Below, one piece after another: positions 53,058-64,000 of a DNA stretch of 64,000 nt; positions within the stretch are counted from its first letter, which is position 1, and the number at the start of each line of letters is the position of its first letter. Both the position numbers and the translations under genes were made by a program. The notes under the pieces are model-generated. The model did not search any database. It was given only the letters and a program-made list of their open reading frames with translations, and was not told the origin of the DNA. Origin of the DNA: Candidatus Bathyarchaeota archaeon. GTDB lineage: Archaea; Thermoproteota; Bathyarchaeia; Bathyarchaeales; Bathycorpusculaceae. The DNA is taken from assembly GCA_963806535.1 (NCBI GenBank), contig CAWDYC010000011.1, positions 96,001 through 160,000 on the forward strand, written 5' to 3'.

Positions 53058-54038
53058 CTATCGTACAAAGTCGTCAAATGTCCAGAAGTGATCTTCTTCT
53101 TGAATTATTATGTCTTCGAACATGCGTCTTGTTTTGGTGTCACTGCGTTTGAGTGCTTCAGCGATGATTTGACGGTAAAGTGATATCGCGCTACTTTCTA
53201 ATGCATGATCCAACTTCAGAAAATCCTGTGCTGTGTCACCGACTACTGGGAGTGGATCTGGTTTGTATGTGGCTTCGCCTTCGAGTAGATAAATGCGTTC
53301 ACTGATTTTTTCAAGGTGATCCATTTCCTGCATGAAAACTTCTTTCAGAATCTTGCTTACTACACCGGCCTTGTTAGTTTCAGTGATAGCTTCTAACGGT
53401 GTGTTCTTCATTCGGAGTTCAAGAAAAGCCATTTTTTCGTGTTGATTAGTATATTGAATAATGCCGGTGATTTCTGCTGATACAGCTTTGTTTAGCAGGG
53501 TAAAGTAATCGTCTGTGTATATTTTTCTCCATTCGGGCAATGGGACTTTGCTTGGTCCTTCTTTCTCGTCTTGGAATTTTGAATATTCTTGGAATTTGAA
53601 TAAGTGTCCTTCTTCTTCGCCGTAGATTTTCTCGAAAACTTCACGTGTTTCCCAATCGCCAATTTTTCCAGCTGTTTCGATAATTTGGCGATAAAGTGTT
53701 AGGGCTTCTTCTTCAGCTTTTACGCCTAGTTTAGCAAATTCGCTTATACTGTCGCCAACGTTAACTTTGCTTGACTTAGTAGTTGCTAGTCCGCCCAGGT
53801 AATAAATGCGCTCCATAATAGTTGCTGCATGTTTCATTTCTTGAATAGCGATTTCACGTAAGAACTTTCCAACTGCGTCGTATGTTGTTTTGTCTAACAG
53901 GATGTTTTCTGGAATAGTTCTGCGTACAAGTTTCTCCATTTTTGCGTGTTGAAGAATATATTGCAGTGAAACGCCAATTTCACGTTCAACTGCTTTGTTT
54001 AGTAAATCCACATAATCGGGGGTTGTTTTAACTGCCAT
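53058..54038 (-). CDS. Tandem two-domain ferritin-like/bacterioferritin-like di-iron protein
   Basis: Two repeats of LNKAV..E...QY..QH / EMxH...ERIY.L / E..A..LYRQII / EExH. Confidence 0.88.
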   Translation of the reverse strand: MAVKTTPDYVDLLNKAVEREIGVSLQYILQHAKMEKLVRRTIPENILLDKTTYDAVGKFLREIAIQEMKHAATIMERIYYLGGLATTKSSKVNVGDSISEFAKLGVKAEEEALTLYRQIIETAGKIGDWETREVFEKIYGEEEGHLFKFQEYSKFQDEKEGPSKVPLPEWRKIYTDDYFTLLNKAVSAEITGIIQYTNQHEKMAFLELRMKNTPLEAITETNKAGVVSKILKEVFMQEMDHLEKISERIYLLEGEATYKPDPLPVVGDTAQDFLKLDHALESSAISLYRQIIAEALKRSDTKTRRMFEDIIIQEEDHFWTFDDFVR

Positions 54039-54164
54039 AGAATCACAACTTCTACCAAAGAGGAGCAATCTCTTAGATATAAGATTTTTTGTGATTAACA
54101 AAATTAAGGGAAAAATTTAGGTTTAAAAAGCAAAAAGCAGACGATTGCTTGCTGACTTATTGCT

Positions 54165-54938
54165 TCATTGCAGTTGTTTACCGCAGTTTTTGCAGTATGC
54201 GGCGTCAATATTGTTTGATGTTCCACAGTATGGGCAGTATTTGTTTTGCATTGTGGTTGGAGGCGCTGCTGGGACAGTGTAGTAAGTAGAAGAACTTTCA
54301 GGTGATTTGGCCTTAAGCGAGTTAAATCCAGACAATGCAAAAATCCAGCCGACCCAAGAAACAACTGGTATTATCACACCAATCAAAATTAGTAAGCCAG
54401 CAGTGTCAAAACTGTGAACACCAGATTTCTCTCCAAGCTTGTCGAATGCACGTTTGCAAAAGAAAGTACCCAATACTACAACAACAAAAAATATGCCAAA
54501 TACACCTAAAAATCCAAAGAGGAGCAAACCTGTTTGTGGCGTAGTTGTGGTTGCTCTGGAATTTGCTGCTGCCGATATTAGGGAGGCAATCAATACTGCT
54601 GCATAAGTAGCTACTCCTGCAGCGATTACGATTAAGGCATATACAATATTTTTGAAAATACCTGGTTCATTATAGTAATGGCTTAACTGGTACATAGATA
54701 CAATAAACATGATTAATCCAAGCAAACTTGCCAGTCCGATCGCTACTAGTGTAACCCAAATTACTCCGATGGAAAGAATAGGGGTTCCAACGGTTGTTGC
54801 TCCATTTGAAATAGTCCTGGAAAAAGCGGAGATTAATGAAAAAAACAAAAACCCATCTAGAACCACCGCAACAACTGGGGCTATAACAAATATTAAGCTG
54901 GATAACAAACCAAGTTTTCTGCCCGATTCAAACGACAT
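54165..54938 (-). CDS. DUF996-like membrane protein with C-terminal zinc ribbon
   Basis: LSHYYNEPGIFKN, F.TAGLL, CPYCG...CKNCG. Confidence 0.75.
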   Translation of the reverse strand: MSFESGRKLGLLSSLIFVIAPVVAVVLDGFLFFSLISAFSRTISNGATTVGTPILSIGVIWVTLVAIGLASLLGLIMFIVSMYQLSHYYNEPGIFKNIVYALIVIAAGVATYAAVLIASLISAAANSRATTTTPQTGLLLFGFLGVFGIFFVVVVLGTFFCKRAFDKLGEKSGVHSFDTAGLLILIGVIIPVVSWVGWIFALSGFNSLKAKSPESSSTYYTVPAAPPTTMQNKYCPYCGTSNNIDAAYCKNCGKQLQ

Positions 54939-55011
54939 TTTGAACCTCAGATGTTATTCTAGCGAGTTAAGGATAAGCTTTTTGCAAGTAATGATTATTG
55001 ATATTTGAGCC

Positions 55012-55797
55012 TTAATTAATTGGTGATGAGGGTTTTTCAGTGTTTATTCTTACGCGTTTAGTTGCATACCAAGCTACCAATACGGAGACCACAGACAACG
55101 TAAAAACTATCGCTTCAAAAACTATTATGTCGTTTGGTAAGGTGAACGGAACTAGAAAATCAACAAACCCCATAGGTAATGCAATCAGAAACAGTCTTTT
55201 CTTATGGTAAACTACAGCCATGACACAGAGATATCCCCATGCAAAATGAAATAGAATCGAAGAAATTCGCTCAATTGTCCCTATGGCAACTGACCTTAAT
55301 GCTTGAGACGCAGGCTCAAAAAGGCTAGGCGCATTAGTGTATAACTGGTTATAGAGCGTCTGAGCAAGCGGGGTATTTGTCTGAAGGATGCTCCAGTAGG
55401 CAATTAGGTTAATGAGGGAGAGAACTCCTAACAAGCCAGCGTTTTCCCAAAAAGCCAGTCCTGAACCGTAAGCTTCCGCATCTTTTCTTCCAATTTTGCC
55501 ACGCGAAAAGGAGTACCAAGCAACTACAAATGCTAAGCCTACTTCGAAAAATACTGTTTGAAGGCCATAATAGACGCCCAATTCGATGCTGTGGGATCCA
55601 AAATTGTCGATGACTAAGTTTATTGTTGGGATTTGTACGGCATATTTTAGAGCGATTGCTGCAGCGTAAGCCACGAGTGAATATATAAGAACCATTAGGT
55701 GAAAGCGTCGCTTAAAGTACCAATAAATCAATAGCGCTGAGGAGAGAATAATTACGATAACAGGTTGCAGAATAAAGATGAGGTCGATATTTTGCAT
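55012..55797 (-). CDS. YhfC/PrsW-like intramembrane glutamic/metalloprotease
   Basis: Multi-TM, FFEVG, FWENA, ERISSILFH. Confidence 0.65.
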   Translation of the reverse strand: MQNIDLIFILQPVIVIILSSALLIYWYFKRRFHLMVLIYSLVAYAAAIALKYAVQIPTINLVIDNFGSHSIELGVYYGLQTVFFEVGLAFVVAWYSFSRGKIGRKDAEAYGSGLAFWENAGLLGVLSLINLIAYWSILQTNTPLAQTLYNQLYTNAPSLFEPASQALRSVAIGTIERISSILFHFAWGYLCVMAVVYHKKRLFLIALPMGFVDFLVPFTLPNDIIVFEAIVFTLSVVSVLVAWYATKRVRINTEKPSSPIN

Positions 55798-56016
55798 ATC
55801 TACCGTTAATATGTTTAGTCTTAAAAATTTTAGTGTATACAACTATTATGGGTCATTAATGCATTCGGATTCTGCTTAGGCAAGTTTAAATCCGCCTGCA
55901 AGAGTTGTGTGTAATTCTCGATTAAAGTTTTTTTCATTTTTTTGACGAATCTCCTCGTTTGTGTCGACCAATATGAATAAATTATTCAATACTGTGTGAA
56001 TTAATTTCATAGAAGT

Positions 56017-56721
56017 ATGCGCATGAAGAAGAAAACGAAGCTAATGACGCTGACAATTGCAATAATCATTCTCGTCTCGCCTCTTGCAATTTTTAAAATA
56101 ACTAATTTACAAAACTCAAAGGCGCCCCCAATCTCCACAAGTAGTCCTACTCGGGTCGCATGCGTAGGCGACAGCATCACCGAAATCACCGGATATCCCT
56201 CAGCCCTTCAATCGATGCTCGGAAAAAACTACACCGTAGGAAACTTCGGTGCCACCGGATCAACCGTACTGCTTAACTCCTGGAAACCTTACATGAATCA
56301 ACCCCAGTTTGAAAACGCTGAAGCCTTCGAACCTAATATTATCGTCATTATGCTTGGAACAAACGATGACCTTAAGGAGCTTGAACAGTACAATGATACT
56401 TTTGAGGATGATTACACCAAACTAGTTTCCTCCTTCCAACAGCTTCAAACGAATCCACAGATTCTAATTGCAAATTCTCCTCCGATTTTCAGTAACAGTT
56501 CAGACTTAAACTCTTCATATTTGGCGGACACTATTATTCCACAAACTGCTAACTTGGCAGACAAAATGAGTTTGCCATTAATTGATGTGTACGATTCATT
56601 TGAGAACCACACTGATTACTTTGTAGATGGAGTGCATCCTAACAGTGAAGGAGCGGCGCTTATTGCAGCTGATGTATGCGACACAATAGATCCTTCTTGG
56701 AACGTAACTCAATCACCTTAG
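56017..56721 (+). CDS. Secreted SGNH/GDSL esterase
   Basis: GDSIT, NFG, LGTND, DGVHP. Confidence 0.92.
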   Translation: MRMKKKTKLMTLTIAIIILVSPLAIFKITNLQNSKAPPISTSSPTRVACVGDSITEITGYPSALQSMLGKNYTVGNFGATGSTVLLNSWKPYMNQPQFENAEAFEPNIIVIMLGTNDDLKELEQYNDTFEDDYTKLVSSFQQLQTNPQILIANSPPIFSNSSDLNSSYLADTIIPQTANLADKMSLPLIDVYDSFENHTDYFVDGVHPNSEGAALIAADVCDTIDPSWNVTQSP

Positions 56722-56776
56722 CGAAAACGTAACTAGTTTTTTATAAGTCTGCTACTGAATTATTGAATGGTGACAA

Positions 56777-57545
56777 GTGATGGCTAAGCTGGCAAATCAA
56801 GTAGCGGATTATGGTAACTGGGTTTCGAAACGATTGATCTATACATTTGGCATATTGGGTGGGCTGTTTTTAGCATTTGGTTTCCTCCTTTGGATTCTGA
56901 CATTTCCTGCCCTAATATGCTTCGCAATAGCAGCTTACTTTGCTTATGCACGCTACCTATTCTCTCCTAAAGGAGGAAACGTCCAGAACAAAATTTGGGA
57001 TTTAGTTATTTCAAATTTAGATTGGAACGGCGAAGGAAAAGCATTAGATATAGGTTGTGGCAACGGCGCCTTATCTATAAGACTTGCAAAGAAGTTTTCC
57101 GCTGCCACGAGTAATTGGGATTGATTTTTGGGGAGAAAGATGGGAGTACTCAAAGAGCACTTGTGAGGCAAATGCAAAAGCTGAGGGGATAGATGAACGA
57201 GTGGGGTTTCAGAAAGCAAGTGCTTCGAAATTGCCGTTTGAGGATGAATATTTTGATGCGGCGGTAAGCAATTTGTGTTTTCATGAGGTTAGCGATTCAA
57301 AAGACAAACGCGAAGTTATCCGTGAGGCTTTGCGTGTTGTTAAGAAAGGCGGCAAATTCGCCTTTCAAGATCTTTTTATGCTCAAAAAAGTCTACGGAGA
57401 ACCTGAAGAGTTGGTTGCTACCATAAAAAGCTGGGGAATCTCTAAGGCGGAATTCGTGGAAACAAGAAATTCACTCTTTATCCCTAGGGCTTTAAAGTTG
57501 CCGTTTATGACTGGACCAATTGGGATAATTAGAGGAGAAAAATAA
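56777..57545 (+). CDS. Membrane-anchored class I SAM methyltransferase; frameshift near 57100
   Basis: LDIGCGNG in first ORF; VIGID, LPFEDEYFD, RVVKKGG in second. Confidence 0.85.
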
Positions 57546-57562
57546 ACCTTAAAAAAAATTAC

Positions 57563-59038
57563 TTAACTAACATTTGGAAAAGTTTGGTTCCAATAGTAAA
57601 CTTGCTGATATCGCCCAGCTACTTGAAAGGCAGAATCGTCGTAAACTATATCCAATTTAGAACCATATTTCTGAAGACACGCCTGAAGTGCAGTCCAAAC
57701 TTCCGGAGAGGCGGAGTCTGGCTGCCAAATCCCCCAAATGTTATCTTGCAAAGAGCGCATACCCCAGCCATAATTCTTAGGTAAAACCAAAACTGCCTCG
57801 GCTTTGACTCCGCCGTTAATCACCGTTTTATTTTGAACTGTGTTATTCCAGAATCTCTGCAGAGCAGAGAAATGTTCATCTTGCAAAATGCCATATTGAT
57901 TGTTATCTGGGTAGGTTGGGTAATTGAAAACAACAATGTATTTTGCTCCAGCCTCGTAAGCTGAACGCATCTGATCGTACATTTCCGTTCCATTTTCCAA
58001 GTATGGTTGATGATCGTATTTCCAAGTGATAATTGCACCCCAATCTTTGCCTTGTAAGTCGGCAGCCCCGCGTGCTAGGGCAATGTCCTGCGTTTCAGTG
58101 TGATTCCAACCGATTTGCGCAAAAACAACATCGTAGCCTCCCAAGTAATCATACCAGTAAAGCGCATAATCTGAAGTGAAAACTTTAACACTTGTTTGGC
58201 TACGTAACCAACCGGTAGTATTTCGGCAAGTATCAACTAAACTGTTTGCTACTTCATCGTAAGTTTGGAATGGTCGTTGAGCAATAATTTGGTTATACAG
58301 CTCTATTTTAGGCAGTTTGTTTGTATCGATAACTTGAGAAATTATTTTATCGTTATCATCTAAAAGGTAAGCCGTGCCATTAGCTTCGATTAAGTAGCTG
58401 CTTCTACTGGGAAGTGTGGCATTCACTGTTAACTGAATGGTTCCATCTGGCTTGTAGTAAATTGAAGTATCTGAAGTTTCTACGGATATAGAACCATTTT
58501 GTTCGTAATTGATCCGTGTCCCGTCTGGTTTGATAACTGTTGTCACACTAGAAACTTTGCTGATGATATAGCCAGTTTTTGAATCCAATAAGTTCAAGTT
58601 TGAGGAATCTAGCGTTTTTCCGCCTGGCTCATCGTCGTAATAAATGCCTAAAAGGTTGTTTCCCAACTTCTCATTGCTTAAAAAATTGGTTATGTTTTCT
58701 CTGTTATATTCCACTGAACCAAAGTAAACAATTACATGTAAACTCTTTGCAACTGCATAGTTGCATATCTCATTTATGGCAGAGAAATTCTTTTGCAGTG
58801 AACCCGACTGAATAACAAAAAGATTCGTGTAATTTTCAACTCTATCAATGAGTAATTCGGCTGCTGTAACATTATCACCGCAATATGTTACTCCAACATA
58901 AAACGGAGCATTCGGCAATGCAGTTGTTGCTTTTGATGAATTTTGATTTAAGAATTGATAGTTGTCGGCAATCAGAAAAGAGGTAGATAAAACTATGGCA
59001 ACAATAACTACGGCTGCAATAACTAGCCTTTTCCTCAT
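57563..59038 (-). CDS. Secreted hypothetical protein, possible TIM-barrel glycoside hydrolase-like
   Basis: Signal/TM, GIYYDDEPGG, FTSDYALYWYDY, WGAIITW, AYEAGAKYIVVFNYP. Confidence 0.7.
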   Translation of the reverse strand: MRKRLVIAAVVIVAIVLSTSFLIADNYQFLNQNSSKATTALPNAPFYVGVTYCGDNVTAAELLIDRVENYTNLFVIQSGSLQKNFSAINEICNYAVAKSLHVIVYFGSVEYNRENITNFLSNEKLGNNLLGIYYDDEPGGKTLDSSNLNLLDSKTGYIISKVSSVTTVIKPDGTRINYEQNGSISVETSDTSIYYKPDGTIQLTVNATLPSRSSYLIEANGTAYLLDDNDKIISQVIDTNKLPKIELYNQIIAQRPFQTYDEVANSLVDTCRNTTGWLRSQTSVKVFTSDYALYWYDYLGGYDVVFAQIGWNHTETQDIALARGAADLQGKDWGAIITWKYDHQPYLENGTEMYDQMRSAYEAGAKYIVVFNYPTYPDNNQYGILQDEHFSALQRFWNNTVQNKTVINGGVKAEAVLVLPKNYGWGMRSLQDNIWGIWQPDSASPEVWTALQACLQKYGSKLDIVYDDSAFQVAGRYQQVYYWNQTFPNVS

Positions 59039-59140
59039 TTGCTAATCCTGCTTCCACCTATCGATATACTGTTATAAATATTGGGTCAAATCAGATAAAA
59101 TTATTAAATTCCTAAAAAAAACTGTTTAATGAAAATGCAG

Positions 59141-59572
59141 TTATTTTGTCCATTTGCCTTGTGCCCATGTGTTGAAGGATGTTGGCGTCACTTTGATTAT
59201 AGGTATGTCGCCTTCTTTCCAACTGCCTGCTTCAGAACGATATTCGGGGTATTTTTCTTTGAGAAGGTCATGGGCATAACGATATTCTTTGCCATTCAAC
59301 ATGATAGTTGCTTCTCCCTGAACACGTATGCCCTTGATGATTGACCAGTTGTCTCTATCGTAATCATCAAACACTAAAGATACCTCTGGGTTAGCTTCAA
59401 TTTGCTCTAGCTTTGGAGTGTCAGGGTCAGATGCAATGTAAATGTTTAAGCCGTCGAAAACCGGCCAAACAGGCCTCACTATAGGCTCACATTCTTCAGT
59501 TGCTGTAGCTAATCGACACACGGGTAATTGCTGCATAAACGCAACATCTTTTTTGGATAGTTTTTGTACCAT
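59141..59572 (-). CDS. Pyridoxamine 5'-phosphate oxidase-like (PPOX/split-barrel flavin or F420-binding) protein
   Basis: CRLAT, PVWP, K...IEANPEVSLVFD, LKEKYPEY. Confidence 0.82.
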   Translation of the reverse strand: MVQKLSKKDVAFMQQLPVCRLATATEECEPIVRPVWPVFDGLNIYIASDPDTPKLEQIEANPEVSLVFDDYDRDNWSIIKGIRVQGEATIMLNGKEYRYAHDLLKEKYPEYRSEAGSWKEGDIPIIKVTPTSFNTWAQGKWTK

Positions 59573-60296
59573 TCCCAGAACCTACCAGAAACACCTATCT
59601 TTAATGTTTGTATCGGGGATATTTCTCTATTTCCCTTCAGTATCTCATCTTCGGCGAATATTGTTAGGTTATGCCAAGGAAGCGGAATAAGATTTCGACG
59701 TTTCTCAAGTCGAGTGCTGAATTGAGTTATTGAAGATTTTTTGTGCAGTTTTATTCTTTGTGTTTTGGTTTTCTTTCTTGTTTCAAAGCTTAAATCCTTT
59801 GCAGGTTGCGTCTTTATCTGTAAGAATCCGTAAACATGTGTAAGACTTTGTATGAAAAGTGAAAGAAAGGGAATGATCGAAGGCTTCCAATCTTTGGAAT
59901 TTTTTGTTCATTGTTTTTTAACTTGCTTCTTTAGATCAGATTTGGTTCGTTTTTAAGTTGCTTCTCCTCGCGTCCCCAAAAAAGTTAATGCCTCCAAAAT
60001 TTGAGACCACCAAACCCTGTCTGATCGATCTTAAGCAGGATCTATAGGTATTACTACTTATGAATTGAATAGAATGAAGTGATTATAGGTGGGAGCAGAT
60101 TCGTTCCTCTCAAAGAATTGAATAATATACCAAGTTACAACAGACTTTAGTGAAGTCTCTCGGGGCTACATTTCCTAGCGTACACTTTCAATATGGGACC
60201 GGTTGTATCCCTGCGCAAAAATCTTTCAATAATATGCTTCTTAGTGGTTTGTTCAAGCTTGTATCGGTTCGAGTTAGATGTTTGACTTTCTAACTT

Positions 60297-61451
60297 TTAG
60301 GTCGACTTGTTTTCTTGTTCTGTTTCCTTGGCCGACGTCTCGTTTGTTAATTCCTGCTTATCAATTGGCGAGTTTCGGTCGATCGATAGCTCACTTGATG
60401 TGCCGACAATTGGTCTGTTAGAAGTTTCAGGGAAAATATTTTTTCGTCTTTTTCGCAAATCCAGAATCAAGATTATTATGCTTGACGTGGCTCCTACTGC
60501 GACAGCGCCATAGGCTACTTCATGAGCCGCGTTATAACTCAATATAAAAAACATGGAGAATATGCTAGACCCAAAAAAGTTAGTTGCAATACCCAGAGCG
60601 TAAAATATTAAACCAAATGCTACAATCAATGCAATTAGCGATTTTCGTCTCTGATGCATAGCCTCAAATAGAGGGCGCTTTCTAGAGGCGGTTTTCAGGG
60701 GCTGGTCGCCTATGGTCTGTCTTACGCTTTTGTTGTCCGTGAACGCTTTCTGGCGGGGGCTGAACGCTTTCTTGTTATTGTGCTCCTTGATTATCATGCC
60801 ATCCCGCATCTCAAACACTCTACTAGCCATGCTTGCAATTGATGGGTCATGAGTAACAACAATGACTGTTGCGCCCTCATGGTTCGATAGGTCTCGGAGC
60901 GCGTGCACAACTTCTTTGCCTGTTTTAGAGTCTAAGTCGCCTGTAGGCTCATCTGCCAAAACTATGGAAGGCTTATTTGCGAGGGCTCTGACAATGGCTA
61001 CGCGTTGCTGTTCTCCACCGCTTAGTTCATCAGGTCTATGATGCAGGCGGTCGCCTAACCCAACCATTTTCAGCAGCTCTCGTGCCCTGTTTTCCCGCTC
61101 TTTTGTTGGCACCCCCGCTATTAGCATGGGTAATTCAACGTTTTCAAACGCTGACAAGACAGGAATCAAATTATAAAATTGAAAGATGAAGCCGATGGTG
61201 CTTCGTCGAAGCTTGGTTAGATCCTTCTCTTTTAGAAGGGTGAGGTCTATTCCGTCAACGTAGATTTTGCCTTTGCTTGGTTTATCTAAAACACCGATTA
61301 AGTTAAGCAGGGTTGTTTTGCCTGACCCTGAAGGACCCATAAAAGCCACAAACTCGCCCTTCTTTAACTCCAAGTTGACTCCTTTTAAGGCATGAACCTT
61401 GTTTTCTCCAAGCCTGTAAGTTTTTTCAACTTCAACAACTTTAACGGACAA
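60297..61451 (-). CDS. LolD/MacB-type ABC ATPase with C-terminal membrane extension
   Basis: GPSGSGKTT, GFIFQFYNL, LSGGEQQR, ADEPTGDLD, VTHD, then two TM helices. Confidence 0.85.
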   Translation of the reverse strand: MSVKVVEVEKTYRLGENKVHALKGVNLELKKGEFVAFMGPSGSGKTTLLNLIGVLDKPSKGKIYVDGIDLTLLKEKDLTKLRRSTIGFIFQFYNLIPVLSAFENVELPMLIAGVPTKERENRARELLKMVGLGDRLHHRPDELSGGEQQRVAIVRALANKPSIVLADEPTGDLDSKTGKEVVHALRDLSNHEGATVIVVTHDPSIASMASRVFEMRDGMIIKEHNNKKAFSPRQKAFTDNKSVRQTIGDQPLKTASRKRPLFEAMHQRRKSLIALIVAFGLIFYALGIATNFFGSSIFSMFFILSYNAAHEVAYGAVAVGATSSIIILILDLRKRRKNIFPETSNRPIVGTSSELSIDRNSPIDKQELTNETSAKETEQENKST

Positions 61452-61570
61452 TTTTCTCTCCTCAAAAACCGTTAATTAAGAAATTACGTGTAACAAATAA
61501 TCTTTAGGTTGTTTGCATTAAAAAAGGTTAGGGAAGCAAGACAAAATGAAGGCATTGAACGCTCAAGACT

Positions 61571-61879
61571 GTGGAAGCATTGTTCATTTTAGTATTCGGA
61601 GTCTTCCATTTTGCCATACCGTTCATTTTTCCCCCAAACTCCAATGATACCAATCTTTTTGGATCTTTGCGTATTGCGGATTTTGTGCTTCCAGGATGCT
61701 TCACTTTAGCAATCGTAAGCATCATTTTTTACGTAACAAATAACCGTTATCCAGCAGCGTTACTTGCATTCCTGTACAGCGGCGGCATCATTTTCCATAC
61801 GTTATATCTTTTAGGACTGTTTCCATCGGTAATTATTGTTCCAACCAAGCTTAATTTTGGTTGCAGGCATCGTGGTTGA
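61571..61879 (+). CDS. Small membrane protein, probably frameshifted at both ends
   Basis: Three hydrophobic segments; C-terminus looks out of frame. Confidence 0.45.
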   Translation: MEALFILVFGVFHFAIPFIFPPNSNDTNLFGSLRIADFVLPGCFTLAIVSIIFYVTNNRYPAALLAFLYSGGIIFHTLYLLGLFPSVIIVPTKLNFGCRHRG

Positions 61880-62000
61880 TGCGCTTGTCGATTGTGGCAA
61901 TTTACGATTATTACCGTCGAGTTCACTTCAATCGCTCGATTATTGCCTAATTGAGTCAACAATGTTTTGTTTTGAAGCTCTGTTAGCGGGGTAAACTGCG

Positions 62001-64000
62001 CTAATCACTGCGGTTAAAAGTGCAAGGAACAAGCGTAATTGCCATAGCGTCGAAGGGTATTATGAATGCCATTGGGAAACCTGCCACACGCATGTAGCTG
62101 ACTGTGACTCTGTGGAACATTAAGCCAACAGTTATGCCCATGGCGAAACCGACGACTCCGAGAAATGTTGCTTCACCGATTATTGACGTTACCACTTGGG
62201 ATTTGCTCATGCCTTGAGACCTGTATATTCCAATTTCTCGTCGGCGCTCAGCAACGTTCATTATCATTATTGCAGCTACGCCTATTCCAGCGTTTAAAAC
62301 TGCAAAGGCAACAACTGGAGTATAGAATGTAGAATATTTGGTCAATTGAGCTTTTTACACGTTGGACCGCGTCATTGTAGGTTGTTATGCTTAGCTTGTA
62401 CTCGTTTCCGTAGGAATCTTGTATGCTATTTTTGGTTTGGTCAATGTTTGTGTTCGCGTCAACTTTTACGAAGAACAGGTTAGCTTTGTCGTTGTAGTCG
62501 TTTGATGAGTTGGGAATGTCTCGTTGAGGTTGTTGTAAGAAATGTATGATGCTTCAGAGAGCATAAAGTTGCCAAACGACATTATGTCAAGCCAAGCACC
62601 CTGTGCTATGCCAACGACGGTGAAGTTTTTCCAAGCTAAAACTGGGACAGTGTAATTGTATGGAATGCGTGCCATATTGGGTTTGGTATTGTCCTGTGCG
62701 GTTTTCGTAGTTAAGTAGCGGATTTTGACTTCATCCCCGACCGACGACGTTAAGCGATTTAGCCAGACGGCGAAGTCAAGATAATTGTGTCAGAATCGTT
62801 TAACTTTCTCAAAAACGTTTGATGGTGTGTCGTCGCTAAAAGTCATAGACATAACTTTGGGGTAAGAGGCTGGGTCAATCGCAAGCACTGTTGAGGAGGA
62901 ATTTATCGGCGAAGAAGACGCGTCATTTTGGATTATGGTTTGGTCAGGAACCACAAGAAGCGGCGTGGTAGCGTTTACTGCGCAATATTTGTGATGTTAT
63001 CGGTGAAGGATTTTGGAATCATGTTGTCAGACATAACTGTCAAATCTGAGCTTGAAAAAGAACGAATTACATTCTCTAACTCCGGCGACTGTGCCAATCT
63101 GTGCTCCACTCATAACAACGACTAAACTCAACGACATGCCAATGAGCGCAAAACAAATGGTGCTTCTAAGCAAGTTGCGCTCGACGTTTCGGGAAATGAT
63201 TTTTCTGGTTTTGCCAAAACCAAACAGGCTTCGTTCTATTACTGGACCGCCACTTCTTAGCAAGCCAGCCGCAAGCAATGTCACGCCAAGCATAGCTATT
63301 GGGGCAAGCGCTGATACCACGTACAAGCCAATGCCGTACTGCGAGAATATAGTCATACCATACAAAGATGAAGGCGCCAAAAATTGTCAGCGGCAACCCG
63401 ACGAGGATAAGTTTTAGGGCGGTTCTCTGTTTGCCTGGCTTTCTCATCGATGGACGTAGCGCGTTGATTATGTCTGTTCTGCATGCTGACAGCGATGGGA
63501 AAAGTCCGCCAATCATTACCGTTAACAAGCCAGCTGCCGCACCCAAAATCAGATGCTGTATGGTTGTTGGAGGAAAAGAAAACTTGAAGGTGATGCCCGG
63601 CGAGAAGGGCTGGAAAATTTTTGAAGTTAAATAACGGAAAATGTCTGTTACAAATAATCCTGAAACAAGCCCTATGGCTACGCCGATTAATCCAAGAATT
63701 AGGCTTTCTGAGAAGAATATCCAAAAAACCTGTCGTGTAGAAGCACCTTGTGAGCGTAATATGCCGATTTCATGTGTGCGTTCGCCAATGTTCATGTACA
63801 TGGTGTTTAAAACGATAACTATGGCAACGCAAAGCGCCATTACTGACATGATTTGCAAGCCGCTCTGTAAGCCTGACGGTTGCTCTGCTTACAATGTTGA
63901 GCAGGCTTTCTTTTACTGGGTTAACGATGTAGTCGCTGCCTAACCTGCTGTTAAGGTCGTTTACTACGTGTGCTTGTTTGCTTTGAATCTGTGAGCTTTA
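62001..64000 (-). pseudogene. FtsX/MacB-family ABC permease broken by multiple frameshifts (partial)
   Basis: Fragments NIGERTHEIGILRSQGAS, RNLLRS, NVAERRREIGIYRSQGMS in different frames; may be sequencing error rather than decay. Confidence 0.75.

Overview
Archaeal chromosomal segment, most consistent with Bathyarchaeia (inference from the EF-1alpha, short XPF, fwdDBAC and typical secreted hypothetical proteins). It carries housekeeping genes (EF-1alpha, RNase HI, XPF, tRNA-Pro(CGG), IleRS, nrdR-nrdD-nrdG, 2-oxoacid:ferredoxin oxidoreductase) and a ~25 kb Mo/W-S-Se cofactor region (12.7-37.6 kb): fwdDBAC, an inserted ApeA-HEPN gene, a Cys-loop-less FdhD, moeA/mobA/mobB, modABC/modE, nfnAB(sudBA)-like genes, an AbrB-PhoU regulator, and a selD + double-cubane-type reductase + TusA + DsrE + LysR module. 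That module is the best candidate for an undescribed system. Features missing from the ORF track: a 45-aa 9-Cys peptide ending in GGG, a back-to-back scar of two Mo-related gene fragments, and candidate ModE, LysR and NrdR operators. Many single-base frameshifts at 28-37 kb, 57 kb and 61.5-64 kb are probably long-read consensus errors. All family assignments are from motif recognition by eye; no searches were run.
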